DNA of 64,000 bases from an uncultured Acidimicrobiia bacterium (GTDB taxonomy: Bacteria; Acidobacteriota; Terriglobia; Versatilivoradales; Versatilivoraceae), in assembly GCA_963786955.1 (NCBI GenBank), contig CAWBAT010000005.1, positions 1,088,001 through 1,152,000 on the forward strand. The letters run 5' to 3'. Position 1 is the first letter of the stretch. Each line of letters starts with the position of its first letter. Positions 10,315 to 22,599 of this stretch are shown here, in pieces. The notes under the pieces are model-generated. The model ran no database searches, was not told where the DNA came from, and saw nothing but the letters and a program-made list of their open reading frames with translations. The translations under genes were made by a program, and so were the position numbers.

Positions 10315-10725
10315 TTAACCTTCCCGTTCCTCACGGACCCGAATGCGCGCCATTGCGCGCTCCAGGCTAGCCATGGCTCGGGCAAAATCAATCTCAGGAT
10401 TATTGACGTCAGCCAGTCGTTTCTCGGCCCGTTCCTTGGATGCTCGGGCCCGCTCCAGATCAATTTCATCGGCTTTCTCAGCCGTCTCCGCCAAGATCCG
10501 GACATGATCCCGGACGACTTCACAGTAGCCCATGGCGAGAGCGAGACGATGCCGGATTTTCCCCTGGCGATAAGACACTTCGCCGACCTGCAGTTCCGAG
10601 ATCAACGGCGCGTGTCCCGGGAGAATTCCGAGATAGCCATTCTTACCCGGCACTTGTACATCATCCACCTCCTCGCTGAGAAGAAGTCTGGCGGGAGTGA
10701 CAATTTCTAAGAGCAATTTGTCCAT
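10315..10725 (-). CDS. atpC: ATP synthase F1 epsilon
   Basis: LEIVTP, GILPGHAPL. Confidence 0.96.
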   Translation of the reverse strand: MDKLLLEIVTPARLLLSEEVDDVQVPGKNGYLGILPGHAPLISELQVGEVSYRQGKIRHRLALAMGYCEVVRDHVRILAETAEKADEIDLERARASKERAEKRLADVNNPEIDFARAMASLERAMARIRVREEREG

Positions 10726-10731
10726 GACTTC

Positions 10732-12156
<1,425 letters not shown>

Positions 12157-12171
12157 CTAATCAATTCTTTA

Positions 12172-13026
12172 TTATTCCAACGCTGCTGCGCCACTGACAA
12201 TTTCGATGATTTCCTTAGTGATTCCTGCCTGCCGGGCTCGGTTCATTGACAACGTCAATGCATCGATAAGGTCCGTTGCATTGTTCGTCGCTGCTTCCAT
12301 GGCAGTCATCCGGGCACCATGCTCGGCGGCGGTCGACTCCAAAAGCGCTCGATAGACTTGCACTTCAACATACCTGGGAATCAGGCTGTTGAATATCTCG
12401 TCGGGCGGTTGCTCGTAAATATAGTCAATCGCATGCTGTGACTGCGAAGTGGCCAGCTGTTGGATAGGCAACAGCCGCTCAACGACAATTCTCTGCTGGA
12501 TGACGGACTTGAACTCGTTGTAGATGACGTAAATGGCGTCGAAAGTGCGCTGTCCGTAGGCATCCATCAACTGCCCGGCAATCCCCTTTGCCCGATCATA
12601 ATTCAGGTCGGAAAGATTAATGTACTCTTGCGCAATCGGAACTTCTTGGCGGCGGAAATAGTCCCGCCCTTTGCGGCCAATGCAAGCCAAGGTTACGGTT
12701 TTCCCTCTGTTCTGGTTCATGAAGGCTTGAGTTGCCTTAATCACATTGGCATTGAAGGCGCCACACAACCCCTTATCCGCTGTCACCACGGTCACCAGTA
12801 TCTTTTCTTCAACACGTTCTTCCAGCAATGGGTGAGACTTCTGCTCCGTCCGCATCACTAGGCTGTTCAAGACAGCAACAATTTCGTTGGCGTAAGGACG
12901 CGCATTGATGACCCGCTCTTTTGCCCGGCGCAGTTTGGCTGTCGAAACCATCTTCATCGCTTTGGTAATTTGCTGCGTATTCTTTACCGAGCGAATCCGT
13001 CGACGGATGTCTAATAAGTTGGCCAT
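12172..13026 (-). CDS. atpG: ATP synthase F1 gamma
   Basis: ITKAMKMV, RQAGITKEIIEI. Confidence 0.98.
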   Translation of the reverse strand: MANLLDIRRRIRSVKNTQQITKAMKMVSTAKLRRAKERVINARPYANEIVAVLNSLVMRTEQKSHPLLEERVEEKILVTVVTADKGLCGAFNANVIKATQAFMNQNRGKTVTLACIGRKGRDYFRRQEVPIAQEYINLSDLNYDRAKGIAGQLMDAYGQRTFDAIYVIYNEFKSVIQQRIVVERLLPIQQLATSQSQHAIDYIYEQPPDEIFNSLIPRYVEVQVYRALLESTAAEHGARMTAMEAATNNATDLIDALTLSMNRARQAGITKEIIEIVSGAAALE

Positions 13027-13156
13027 TCTTTAATTACCCATCACTCTGTAAATGCCTGCCCCTGAATTGTCCCGGGGATTGACGATTCTTCCCGGTTTCC
13101 TCTTCGGCCCAGCCGAAATTCTCGCGGATTCCCATCACGGGCCTGACATCCCATGT

Positions 13157-14689
<1,533 letters not shown>

Positions 14690-14780
14690 TCAGTCGCCCG
14701 TCTTGTGAAAAGGTCTGTATCTTCCTATCCGACAAGCCGAACCGTGATCGGTTGCCGCTCGAATCGAGTCCTACGAACTA

Positions 14781-15317
14781 TCAATCAGAACGGAGCTGCG
14801 CCTTTAACGTATTGAGGCGCTGGCGAATGGATCCGTCATAGATCGTGTCACCGATACGGGTAACAATCCCTCCGATAATGTCCGGATCCTTTGTAAACTT
14901 TAAGGTGACTTTCCGCCCTGTCATTTCATTTAATCTGGCAAGCAGAAGATCTTGAGTGACAGGATCCAAGTCACCAGCCATCGTCACTTCGGCCTCCACG
15001 ACTCCCAACTGGTCATTCAGAAACTGGTGAAAGGCTTTCCGGATAGGAGAGAAATAACCAATCCGGTGCTGGTCGACTAGCACATTGATGAAATTGGTCG
15101 TCGTCTGAGTGAAATTGAACCGCTTTAAAATCTCGGCCGTAATCGCCTTTTTCTTAGGGACTGGAACGACTGGATTTAAATACAGCGACCGCAATTCCGT
15201 TTGAGTGTTGAGCAGGTTTTCAAAGGCGAGCAGATCTTCAGCGACTCGATCCTGGACGCTCAACTTGTGACAAACATCCGCTAGTGCTTTGGCGTATCGG
15301 TTGGCTAGAGCAGACAA
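14781..15317 (-). CDS. atpH: ATP synthase delta
   Basis: ANRYAKAL, DPDIIGG..IGDTIYDGS. Confidence 0.95.
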   Translation of the reverse strand: MSALANRYAKALADVCHKLSVQDRVAEDLLAFENLLNTQTELRSLYLNPVVPVPKKKAITAEILKRFNFTQTTTNFINVLVDQHRIGYFSPIRKAFHQFLNDQLGVVEAEVTMAGDLDPVTQDLLLARLNEMTGRKVTLKFTKDPDIIGGIVTRIGDTIYDGSIRQRLNTLKAQLRSD

Positions 15318-15351
15318 TTCTGAACCTCAATGAGAGATGGTTGTGGCGGAA

Positions 15352-16008
15352 TCAATTCTTTCCGGCGTGGAGGGATTCGATAAACTGATGAATAATTTTC
15401 TTATTTTCTTCGGTTCCTACCGCCTTCTTCAAACGTTCCTCAGCCAGCCTGACAGCCAATTCTGCAACATGCCCTTTCAGCTCCAAATGGGCTAACTTCT
15501 TCAGCCCCTCAATCTCTCGTTGGGCTAGCTCCAGAATCTTGGATGCTTCCGTTCTGGCGCCATCGATAATCCGGGCTTTTTCTTCATTGGCTTCCCGCAT
15601 TCCTTCGGCTTTCAATGCCTGAATCTCTTGGTCAAGCTGTGCCATCCGGGTTTCCATCTCACGGACGTGTCTCAGCGCCCCTTCCTTGGCCTCACGCGCA
15701 TTCCGCAGTCCCTCCTCAATGGAGCGCGTTCTGGATTCAAAGAACTCGCGCATCGGCTTCCTCAGGTAATATCCAAGGCCGCCAAAGAGGATGAAAAAAT
15801 TGGCCCACTTCCATACCGAACTCCATGGACTTTCGTGTTGGTGCGATTCACCGTGCCCCGGGGACGGCTCTGGCTGGTTGGTTTCTTCTGCCCTGACCAG
15901 GGCTGGACCCAAGAGGAAAAACGTTATGACGACGCCGGCCAAAACCAGCCGAACGCTTTTAAATATCCTATTGCAAAACGCTTTTGGCAATTCCATCGGC
16001 AATTTCAT
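15352..16008 (-). CDS. atpF: ATP synthase F0 subunit b
   Basis: WKWANFFILFG transmembrane segment plus coiled coil; operon position. Confidence 0.9.
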   Translation of the reverse strand: MKLPMELPKAFCNRIFKSVRLVLAGVVITFFLLGPALVRAEETNQPEPSPGHGESHQHESPWSSVWKWANFFILFGGLGYYLRKPMREFFESRTRSIEEGLRNAREAKEGALRHVREMETRMAQLDQEIQALKAEGMREANEEKARIIDGARTEASKILELAQREIEGLKKLAHLELKGHVAELAVRLAEERLKKAVGTEENKKIIHQFIESLHAGKN

Positions 16009-16390
16009 TCACTTGGGATTCAAGAACTTTTTTGGCCGTATCGACCTGAGATTGGATTACCTTCCGAGCCCCGCCAATGTGGTGCTCCGCATCCTCTCGG
16101 CCTGCGGAGATGACCTGGGAACGCTCACTCATCGCTTCCGCCCGTAAGACCTCTTGCTTCCGATAGCTCTCCAAGCGGGCCTCTTTGATAGCTTTCGCAT
16201 ACACTTTGGATTGTTTGTCAACTTCGGTCAGTTGTTCCTTGGCTTGTTGCTGTGTACCCTCAATGGCCGCATGACGCTTGGAAAGGATATGGTTGATGGG
16301 GTCAAAAAAGAACGTCTTCAGTACAAAGTAGAGACTCCATACCAGAATCACGATTACAACCACCGATAGGTCCAACTGCATCGAGCTCAT
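15968..16390 (-). CDS. ATP synthase F0 subunit b'
   Basis: N-terminal TM (FFFDPINHILSKR) plus coiled coil; first gene of the operon. Confidence 0.85.
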   Translation of the reverse strand: MSSMQLDLSVVVIVILVWSLYFVLKTFFFDPINHILSKRHAAIEGTQQQAKEQLTEVDKQSKVYAKAIKEARLESYRKQEVLRAEAMSERSQVISAGREDAEHHIGGARKVIQSQVDTAKKVLESQVNEIADGIAKSVLQ

Positions 16391-16926
16391 GGGCGAGAGT
16401 TTTTCCGGCTTGAAAGATAGAAAGAGTCAAACAGGCAGAGCTTTCCCTGCCCTCAAAGAATGCGTAAAGTAACATATAAAAATTCAAGGGGTCAAGCGGC
16501 AAAAATCTGCTCTAATGAGATGAACTCTCTTATAAAAAATCGTTGATTTTGTGTGACATCCAGTCTGCAGTAATGGAGATCGTGATTCACCACGGGGAAC
16601 ACGGGGAAGATCTGCGAATTGGCAAAAATCAAATCACAAATCCAACCAGTACATATGCCGTTAGCGTAGCCTCTTTATTTCCGTCAGTGGACCCCTATTG
16701 CTCTCAAACTTAATTACCATTAGCGTTTATTCGCGTTCATTTGCGGCTATCCAGTCATATTCCCCGTGTCCCCCGTGGTTAATACCTCGTGATGAGTTTC
16801 TCCTGTTTAAGCATTCGCGAAATCGGCAACAGCTTTTTTTGAACTGTCCCTTTCCCATGCTAAGATACTCACCCGGTTTGAACAGTGCCAATAGGCAAAC
16901 TGGGAATTTTATGGCAGGGAGTGAAC

Positions 16927-17850
16927 ATGCGAAACGTTGTCATCATCGGTTCCGGTCCGGCAGGCTACACGGCGGCGATCTATACCGCACGCGCCAATCT
17001 GAGTCCCTTGCTCATCGAAGGCCTCCAGGTGGGGGGGCAACTTTCCATTACGACGGAAGTGGATAATTTTCCTGGATTCCCCCAAGGAGTCATGGGCCCC
17101 GAGCTCATGGAGTCCATGAAAAAACAGGCCGCCCGTTTTGGGACCGAATTTCTTCCTGAGCTAGTCACCAAGGTCGATTTTTCTGCCCGTCCTTTTCGGC
17201 TCTACACCGACGAACAAACGATTGAAGCCAAAACGGTCATCATTTGCTCAGGCGCTTCGGCGCGCATGATTGGTATTGAATCCGAACGCAAGCTGGTTGG
17301 GTATGGGGTTTCAACCTGCGCCACCTGTGATGGTTATTTCTTCAGGGGAAAGGAAATCGTTGTCGTCGGTGGTGGAGATTCAGCCATGGAGGAGGCCACT
17401 TTCCTGACCAAGTTTGCGAGTAAAGTCACCGTCATTCATCGCCGTGACAAGCTCAGAGCCTCCAAAATCATGCAGGATCGGGCCTTTAAAAATCCCAAGA
17501 TTGAATTCATTTGGGACACGGTCGTCGATGAGATTCATGATGTTGAAACCAAGAACGTAAACAGCATCAAATTGACCAATTTGAAGACCAAGGAAGTGCG
17601 GGATTTCAAATGTGCCGGCGTTTTTGTGGCAATCGGGCACGACCCGAACACGCAGATTTTCAAAGGCCAGATCGCATTGGACGACAATGGTTATGTCCTC
17701 ACACATGACGGAACGAAGACCAGCGTTCCAGGGGTTTTTGCGGCCGGAGATGTTCAGGATCACGTCTATCGTCAAGCCATCTCTGCGGCCGGCTCTGGTT
17801 GCATGGCGGCCATCGACGCCGAGAGATACTTGGAAGGATTGGAACATTGA
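16927..17850 (+). CDS. trxB: Thioredoxin reductase
   Basis: GSGPAG, CATCD, GGGDSA, FAAGDV; ATG 16927 after GGGAG. Confidence 0.97.
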   Translation: MRNVVIIGSGPAGYTAAIYTARANLSPLLIEGLQVGGQLSITTEVDNFPGFPQGVMGPELMESMKKQAARFGTEFLPELVTKVDFSARPFRLYTDEQTIEAKTVIICSGASARMIGIESERKLVGYGVSTCATCDGYFFRGKEIVVVGGGDSAMEEATFLTKFASKVTVIHRRDKLRASKIMQDRAFKNPKIEFIWDTVVDEIHDVETKNVNSIKLTNLKTKEVRDFKCAGVFVAIGHDPNTQIFKGQIALDDNGYVLTHDGTKTSVPGVFAAGDVQDHVYRQAISAAGSGCMAAIDAERYLEGLEH

Positions 17851-17875
17851 AGGCCTGGTTGGTTAGTGAAACCCT

Positions 17876-17936
17876 TGTTGTAGCCGGGATCGGTGATCCC
17901 GGCCGGGTTGCCGGGCCCACCGAGTGCCGGCTACAG
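17876..17936. repeat. REP-like palindrome doublet, GTAG-footed (family A)
   Basis: GTAG+CCGGGATC-GGT-GATCCCGG...GCCGGCTAC; inverted homologue at 22191-22250, partial copy at about 21878-21904. Confidence 0.75.
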
Positions 17937-18055
17937 CTGTTTTTCAGTCTGGCGAGTGGAGCGGCGTGGCGTTAGGAAGGAAGAAGTGAACGTCACTATA
18001 GAGTCGGATCTCAAAATACGAATGATTTATAACAGAGACCAAGCCGCGAATCGAA

Positions 18056-18445
18056 GTGGGCGCCGCTGTCATTTTCAATCACGGAAACATCCTCATTTCC
18101 CAGCGGGATGATTCCTCCCACTTATCAGGATTGTGGGAATTTCCCGGTGGAAAGCGAGAAGACCATGAGACCTTCGAGGAATGTGTTCGCCGAGAGATCC
18201 AGGAGGAGTTGAATGTCGAGGTTGCCGTGGAGAACCTCTTTGAGGCAGTCGAGTATGAATACGCCGAAAAGATTGTCTTATTGAAGTTTTATCTTTGCCA
18301 GTATGTCGGCGGTGAAGCCAAGGCTTTGGGCTGCCGTCAATTCCAATGGGTTTCCCCGTCAAATCTGCCTTCCTACGCTTTCCCACCCGCCAATGAAGCG
18401 GTTATTCAAAAACTAATTCGGCTGGAAGCCTCCAAACCAGCTTAG
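18056..18445 (+). CDS. mutT: 8-oxo-dGTP diphosphatase (Nudix); true start probably further upstream
   Basis: WEFPGGK..ETFEECVRREIQEEL Nudix box, FPPAN. Confidence 0.88.
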   Translation: MGAAVIFNHGNILISQRDDSSHLSGLWEFPGGKREDHETFEECVRREIQEELNVEVAVENLFEAVEYEYAEKIVLLKFYLCQYVGGEAKALGCRQFQWVSPSNLPSYAFPPANEAVIQKLIRLEASKPA

Positions 18446-18620
18446 TACTAAGTACTCTAATTCATAAGTACCCTAACAAATAGAGTTTAGAGGCAGGTAC
18501 AGGCATCCTTGCCTGTACCTGCCGCAAAGTCAGGCCAAATCCTCAATCCAATCATCATTCGACAGGCAAGGATGCCTGTCGCTACCGGACTCTGTGGCGA
18601 CAGGCGTCCACGCCTGTCGT
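18445..18620. repeat. Composite REP cluster (family B hairpins)
   Basis: Hairpins GGCAGGTACAGGCA/TGCCTGTACCTGCC, GACAGGCA/TGCCTGTCGCTAC, GTGGCGACAGGCG/CGCCTGTCG; about 80 bp shared with 21308-21389. Confidence 0.8.
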
Positions 18621-18686
18621 GCGTTTTTGCATTGATCAGTTTTAGCAGGGAGTTTGATATCGGCCGTTCATCCCGGTGTGAAGCAG

Positions 18687-19349
18687 CTATCGCAGCTCAA
18701 TCTGGCCCTTCGGGCTCATGATGGTGGCGACAAGGGAGGCCGTGGGGGCTTGCCGAATTGGAATACTGACTCCAAGCACTTCAAAGGCATGCGCTAGGAC
18801 TCGAGGCGTGGGATGCTCGGCACGAAGCTCTACGAGGGACAACCCAACAGATGCCGAGGCGGCAGGATGAGGTGACACACCCCAGTCAATAAAGAAAGGG
18901 ATCAACCCGCCTTCGAGCAGGGAAAATGGGCTTGTCATCTGCCAAGCAAGGATATCACCGTCCGAAAGGATGCGGCTTCCGGAGAATAACTCGCCGAGAA
19001 TGACACCTCGTCGTGCGACTGCACGTGAGAAGTCTTCGAGACCACCGCCACGAACAGCCCAAGTGACAAGCCGTGAGTGGCGTAGGCCGTCGATACCGAA
19101 TGGCCGCACTCCTGGCGGCTTGGGCTGAGTGGGATCTGGCGCGATGATCTCGAGGTAGATGTCTGGCCCTAGCGCGTAAAGGCAATTGTGGGTAGCCCAT
19201 GCCAGATGTTGTCCCCCGGGCGATGCACGGACGCCGGTGAGCGCTTCGATTTCACTAACACCTCGAGCCAAGTCTGGAGTGGCATAGACGAGGTGATCAA
19301 TTCGGGTCAGTCGGGATTGAGATGCCTGATTTAGATTGTGCGGACTCAT
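18687..19349 (-). CDS. VOC/glyoxalase-like protein
   Basis: IDHLVY, GGQH..THN, YLEII, PFFIDW. Confidence 0.85.
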   Translation of the reverse strand: MSPHNLNQASQSRLTRIDHLVYATPDLARGVSEIEALTGVRASPGGQHLAWATHNCLYALGPDIYLEIIAPDPTQPKPPGVRPFGIDGLRHSRLVTWAVRGGGLEDFSRAVARRGVILGELFSGSRILSDGDILAWQMTSPFSLLEGGLIPFFIDWGVSPHPAASASVGLSLVELRAEHPTPRVLAHAFEVLGVSIPIRQAPTASLVATIMSPKGQIELR

Positions 19350-19448
19350 GCCACGAAGAGGTAACGCCTAGTGACCCGGATGGGACTTTGCAAAGTCGGG
19401 CAACCCATTTCGAATAGATTAGTCTGTCCCTGATTTAGCGTGAACTAT

Positions 19449-19634
19449 GGCTGGCGCAGACATGTGGTTTTTGCATGTCTGCGTAAAAGAGCAATGCGAG
19501 AATAGACTCCTCATAATCAAATACTCCTTACCCCTTAGGAAGATAGAATCTGGGGCGGGGGCGAGTCCAAGCCTTTAAAATCTACTCCAGCTTACTCTTC
19601 GCAGACATGCAAAAACCACATGTCTGCGCCAGCC
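19449..19634. repeat. REPIN-like inverted doublet (family C)
   Basis: 35-bp GGCTGGCGCAGACATGTGGTTTTTGCATGTCTGCG at 19449-19483 and its exact reverse complement at 19600-19634; third degenerate copy 20212-20254. Confidence 0.85.
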
Positions 19635-19659
19635 GGCGAGGGTGCCGCTGGTTAAGTGC

Positions 19660-20169
19660 TCATTTCTTTTTTTCACGGGTCATCAATTTGCTCAGTCTAA
19701 CTTTGAACTGTGCCTCGGCAAGAGTCGACTTGTCTCGCCCAACCGTCTTAACATTGTCGGGTGCGCTCAAGACAAAATCGGCGTCAGTAATAGGACCAAC
19801 GTAATCATCCAGATTACGGATTTTACAATCAGTGATTGTAATAAAGTCGGTAGGAAAGTGCCATGACTGGTGGCCTCCAGAACTCGACATGCTGTAAACG
19901 AAAAACTTTGAATCTGGTGTCCATGCCGCCTTTTCTACTCCGAAGCCATGCTCACCATCTTCCGAGGCGTAGCTCTTCAAACACAAGGTCTTGCCATTCT
20001 TTACTTCAATGGTTATTTGGAATTCTCCAGACCCGAGTGCATTCGGCAAAGAAATGATGTAAGCACGATACTTGCCGTCAGGGGATAAATACTCCTTCTG
20101 TTCAGCGGAGTGAACGAGTGTGGAAATCAGGACAAGGGCAAGGAATGATATGAAAATCGTCTGTTTCAT
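19660..20169 (-). CDS. Secreted hypothetical protein carried on an integron-like cassette
   Basis: Signal peptide MKQTIFISFLALVLISTLVHSA; SPDG/WTPDS motifs; flanked by complementary GTTAAGTGC/GCACTTAAC core-like sites. Confidence 0.7.
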   Translation of the reverse strand: MKQTIFISFLALVLISTLVHSAEQKEYLSPDGKYRAYIISLPNALGSGEFQITIEVKNGKTLCLKSYASEDGEHGFGVEKAAWTPDSKFFVYSMSSSGGHQSWHFPTDFITITDCKIRNLDDYVGPITDADFVLSAPDNVKTVGRDKSTLAEAQFKVRLSKLMTREKKK

Positions 20170-20313
20170 CACATATTCAAGTTGCACTTAACACTACAGT
20201 TCGTCGGGCCCGCTGGCTGACTCAGACATGCGTTTTTTGCATGTCTTCGCCACCCAGAGGCAACTCATCCCAATGGGTTCTCCCTCTATCGATCTGTCGT
20301 CCTGCATGTCCGC

Positions 20314-21174
20314 TTATGTCCTGAAAAAATTTTTCAAAACGAAATAGACGTTCTCTTTCCGCTCACGCAAGCGCCGGTAGAAATACGGTAGCCAATGGGT
20401 GCCGTAAGGAACATAGACGCGCATATTGTAGCCTTCCGCAGCCAACTTCCGTTGTGTGTCGGGACGAACCCCGTAGAGCATCTGGAATTCAAATTTCTCC
20501 TTGCCAATGCCACGACTGGCCGTAAATGACTTGACCCAGCTAATGAGTTCATCATCGTGCGTGGCGATGGCGGGATACTCTCCTTTAAGGAGCAGCGCTT
20601 CGGCCAGAGTTTTGAAATTCTGCCGAATATCCGGCATTTCTTGTAGGGCAAGCAAGGGGGGCTCTTTGTACGCCCCTTTGCAAATCCGGACGCGCGCTCC
20701 CAGGTCAACGAGTTGCTGAATGTCTTTCAGGCTTCGATGCAAGTAGGCCTGAATGACAACCCCCACATTTTGGTGCTTTCGAAACAGATCATAGAAAAGA
20801 TCGAGGGTTTTCTGGGTGTAGTTGGATCCCTCCATGTCAATGCGAACAAAACATGAAAGCGCCGCTGCCCTTTCACAAATTCGCAGCATATTCGCAAGAC
20901 AAAACTCCCGGTCAATATCCAGGCCCATCTGGGTGAGCTTTAAAGAGACATTGGCCCGAATGTTCGACTGCCCGATCGCATCGAGAGTTTGAAGATAGCT
21001 GGACACGGCCGACTCGGCAGTCTTCCTCTCTGCCACGTTCTCACCCAAGACATCCAATGTGGCAGTAATCCCCTGCGCATTCAGTTGGCGCACGGCAGCA
21101 ACGGCCTCACCAATGGTGTGACCCGAAACAAATCGCCTGGCAAAGGGGAAAAGAATCTGACTCAACATGGCCAT
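20314..21174 (-). CDS. Monofunctional proline dehydrogenase
   Basis: RIDME, IQAYL, RICKGAY, ATHD, EFQMLYG, YFYRRLRER. Confidence 0.93.
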   Translation of the reverse strand: MAMLSQILFPFARRFVSGHTIGEAVAAVRQLNAQGITATLDVLGENVAERKTAESAVSSYLQTLDAIGQSNIRANVSLKLTQMGLDIDREFCLANMLRICERAAALSCFVRIDMEGSNYTQKTLDLFYDLFRKHQNVGVVIQAYLHRSLKDIQQLVDLGARVRICKGAYKEPPLLALQEMPDIRQNFKTLAEALLLKGEYPAIATHDDELISWVKSFTASRGIGKEKFEFQMLYGVRPDTQRKLAAEGYNMRVYVPYGTHWLPYFYRRLRERKENVYFVLKNFFRT

Positions 21175-21214
21175 TCAGCCTGAGGGAACTAATTACTGGG
21201 TTTTAGAAATTCAA

Positions 21215-21429
21215 TGACGTTAACGCCGGGTCGGTGACCCGGCCTAAACCTTTGAAGGCTTGGGGCTTTCTCAAAGCCCCAACCTCACGCGGCGAAAGGC
21301 AGCAATTTGCCTGTACATGACCGCGAAGTCAGGCCAAATTCTCAATCCAATCACCACTCACTCGACAGGCAAGCATGCCTGTCGCTACCGCGTATCATAC
21401 GTTAGCGTATTTTTGAATCGGAGCACTAA
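21215..21429. repeat. Composite REP/MITE-like element
   Basis: 21215-21294 is the inverted homologue of the IS1634-interrupted element at 46688-46722/48703-48769; 21308-21389 is homologous to 18509-18587. Confidence 0.8.
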
Positions 21430-21833
21430 CTCTCTTCTTGAATTTGCTGGATGAAGTCGAGGACCTTTACTTCAATCTCGTCGCGAACAGCCCTGTAAGT
21501 ATCGAGCGACTGCCCGACCGGGTCCGAAATGAACCAATGCTCGAGCTGAGTCCGACGAGAAGCCGGCCTCAGGACCTTCTCAAGAGAGGCTTCGAGATTG
21601 ATGATCCAAGCCATCCGCTCCAGATCGACAGCGGTCAATCCCTTCGACATTTGATGCGAGATATCGATACCCTTTTCCTGCATGACTTCAATCGTGGAAG
21701 GCATGATGAAGCCAGCAGGGCGGCTGCCCGCGCTATGAGCCTTCAGGAGCCCCTTGGCATAGTAGTTGGCAAACCCTTCAGCCATCGGGCTCCGGCATGC
21801 ATTTCCGATACAAACAAATAGAATCTCAATCAT
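21426..21833 (-). CDS. Low-molecular-weight phosphatase/ArsC-family protein
   Basis: LFVCIGNACRSPMAEG P-loop, SAG, DP motif; the ORF-track N-terminal extension is translated repeat DNA. Confidence 0.85.
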   Translation of the reverse strand: MIEILFVCIGNACRSPMAEGFANYYAKGLLKAHSAGSRPAGFIMPSTIEVMQEKGIDISHQMSKGLTAVDLERMAWIINLEASLEKVLRPASRRTQLEHWFISDPVGQSLDTYRAVRDEIEVKVLDFIQQIQEES

Positions 21834-21877
21834 TCTGGAGAAATCATTCGTATCCGTGGGTGGAGACCTCGGATAAA

Positions 21878-22250
21878 GTTGTCGCCGGGACCGCTGGTCC
21901 CGGCACTGGAGTTTGGACATTTGTGCAGGCCAGAGGCCCGCACCAGAACCTTGTGGTGCAGGCGTCCTCGCCTGCCCCCAAGCGGCCTGAATGGCCGCCA
22001 TTGCGGGCGGGACGCCCGCGCTCCCAGGGGAATTCCTTCTTACTCTTCCATGTCTGATTCAAACTGCCATGGTCAACTGTCGCTTCGTTGTCAAGTTTCA
22101 CCATTTCAAAGGGAAACGGTTACTTAGACAATTCGCCGCGCTTGACTACCCTATCTTCGGCATTCTGCCTTTGACAAAATGTTCAATCTCCGGCGCCGGG
22201 ACCGCTGGTACCGGCAATACGGGCCGGGGTCATCGACCCCGGCTACAACG
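21878..22250. repeat. Cluster of REP-like hairpins
   Basis: GCCGGGACC/GGTCCCGGC, GTGGTGCAGGCG/CGCCTGC, GCGGGCGGGACGCCCGCGCTCCC, GCCGGGGTC/GACCCCGGCTAC. Confidence 0.7.
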
Positions 22251-22599
22251 ATTTTTTCAGCAACCCGTCTGACGACAGAGCATGCCTGCTCGGCAGTATC
22301 AATATTGCTTTAAAATAGGAGTCGTTGCATTAGAAATCATGCGCGCGCATCACGAACTAGCCCCAAGAAATTGGAATTCCTTCGGACGATGAGTTTCGTG
22401 CTTTTGGAGAGCCTGGCCTTAAAATCAGCTTCCTCTCTAGTCGTCATACGGAGCTAGAGAATCCTGGTTGTTTCCCGCAAATACTCGTGCCTATAATGAA
22501 CCGTGGTTGTTGCGCGTCCAATCAGCCAGGACACGGGCAAGCTGTTTTCAAGGCTGAGACACCCCATTCAACTGGTCATTTTTCCACCTGAACCCAAAC

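Noticed and set aside
16586-16782. Inverted CCACGGGG.ACACGGGGA repeats, plus related short motifs at about 13060 and 49920
   Set aside because: Degenerate intergenic repeats; too little support to define an element
18650-19372. VOC gene as a second integron cassette (CTAGGC-GTTACCT before its start)
   Set aside because: Core deviates from GTTRRRY and no complementary AGGTAAC follows the stop
17876-22250. CRISPR array interpretation of the repeats
   Set aside because: No regular direct repeat-spacer periodicity and no cas genes
21834-22272. Small ORFs and the long N-terminal extension of the ArsC-like gene
   Set aside because: Translations of REP palindromes
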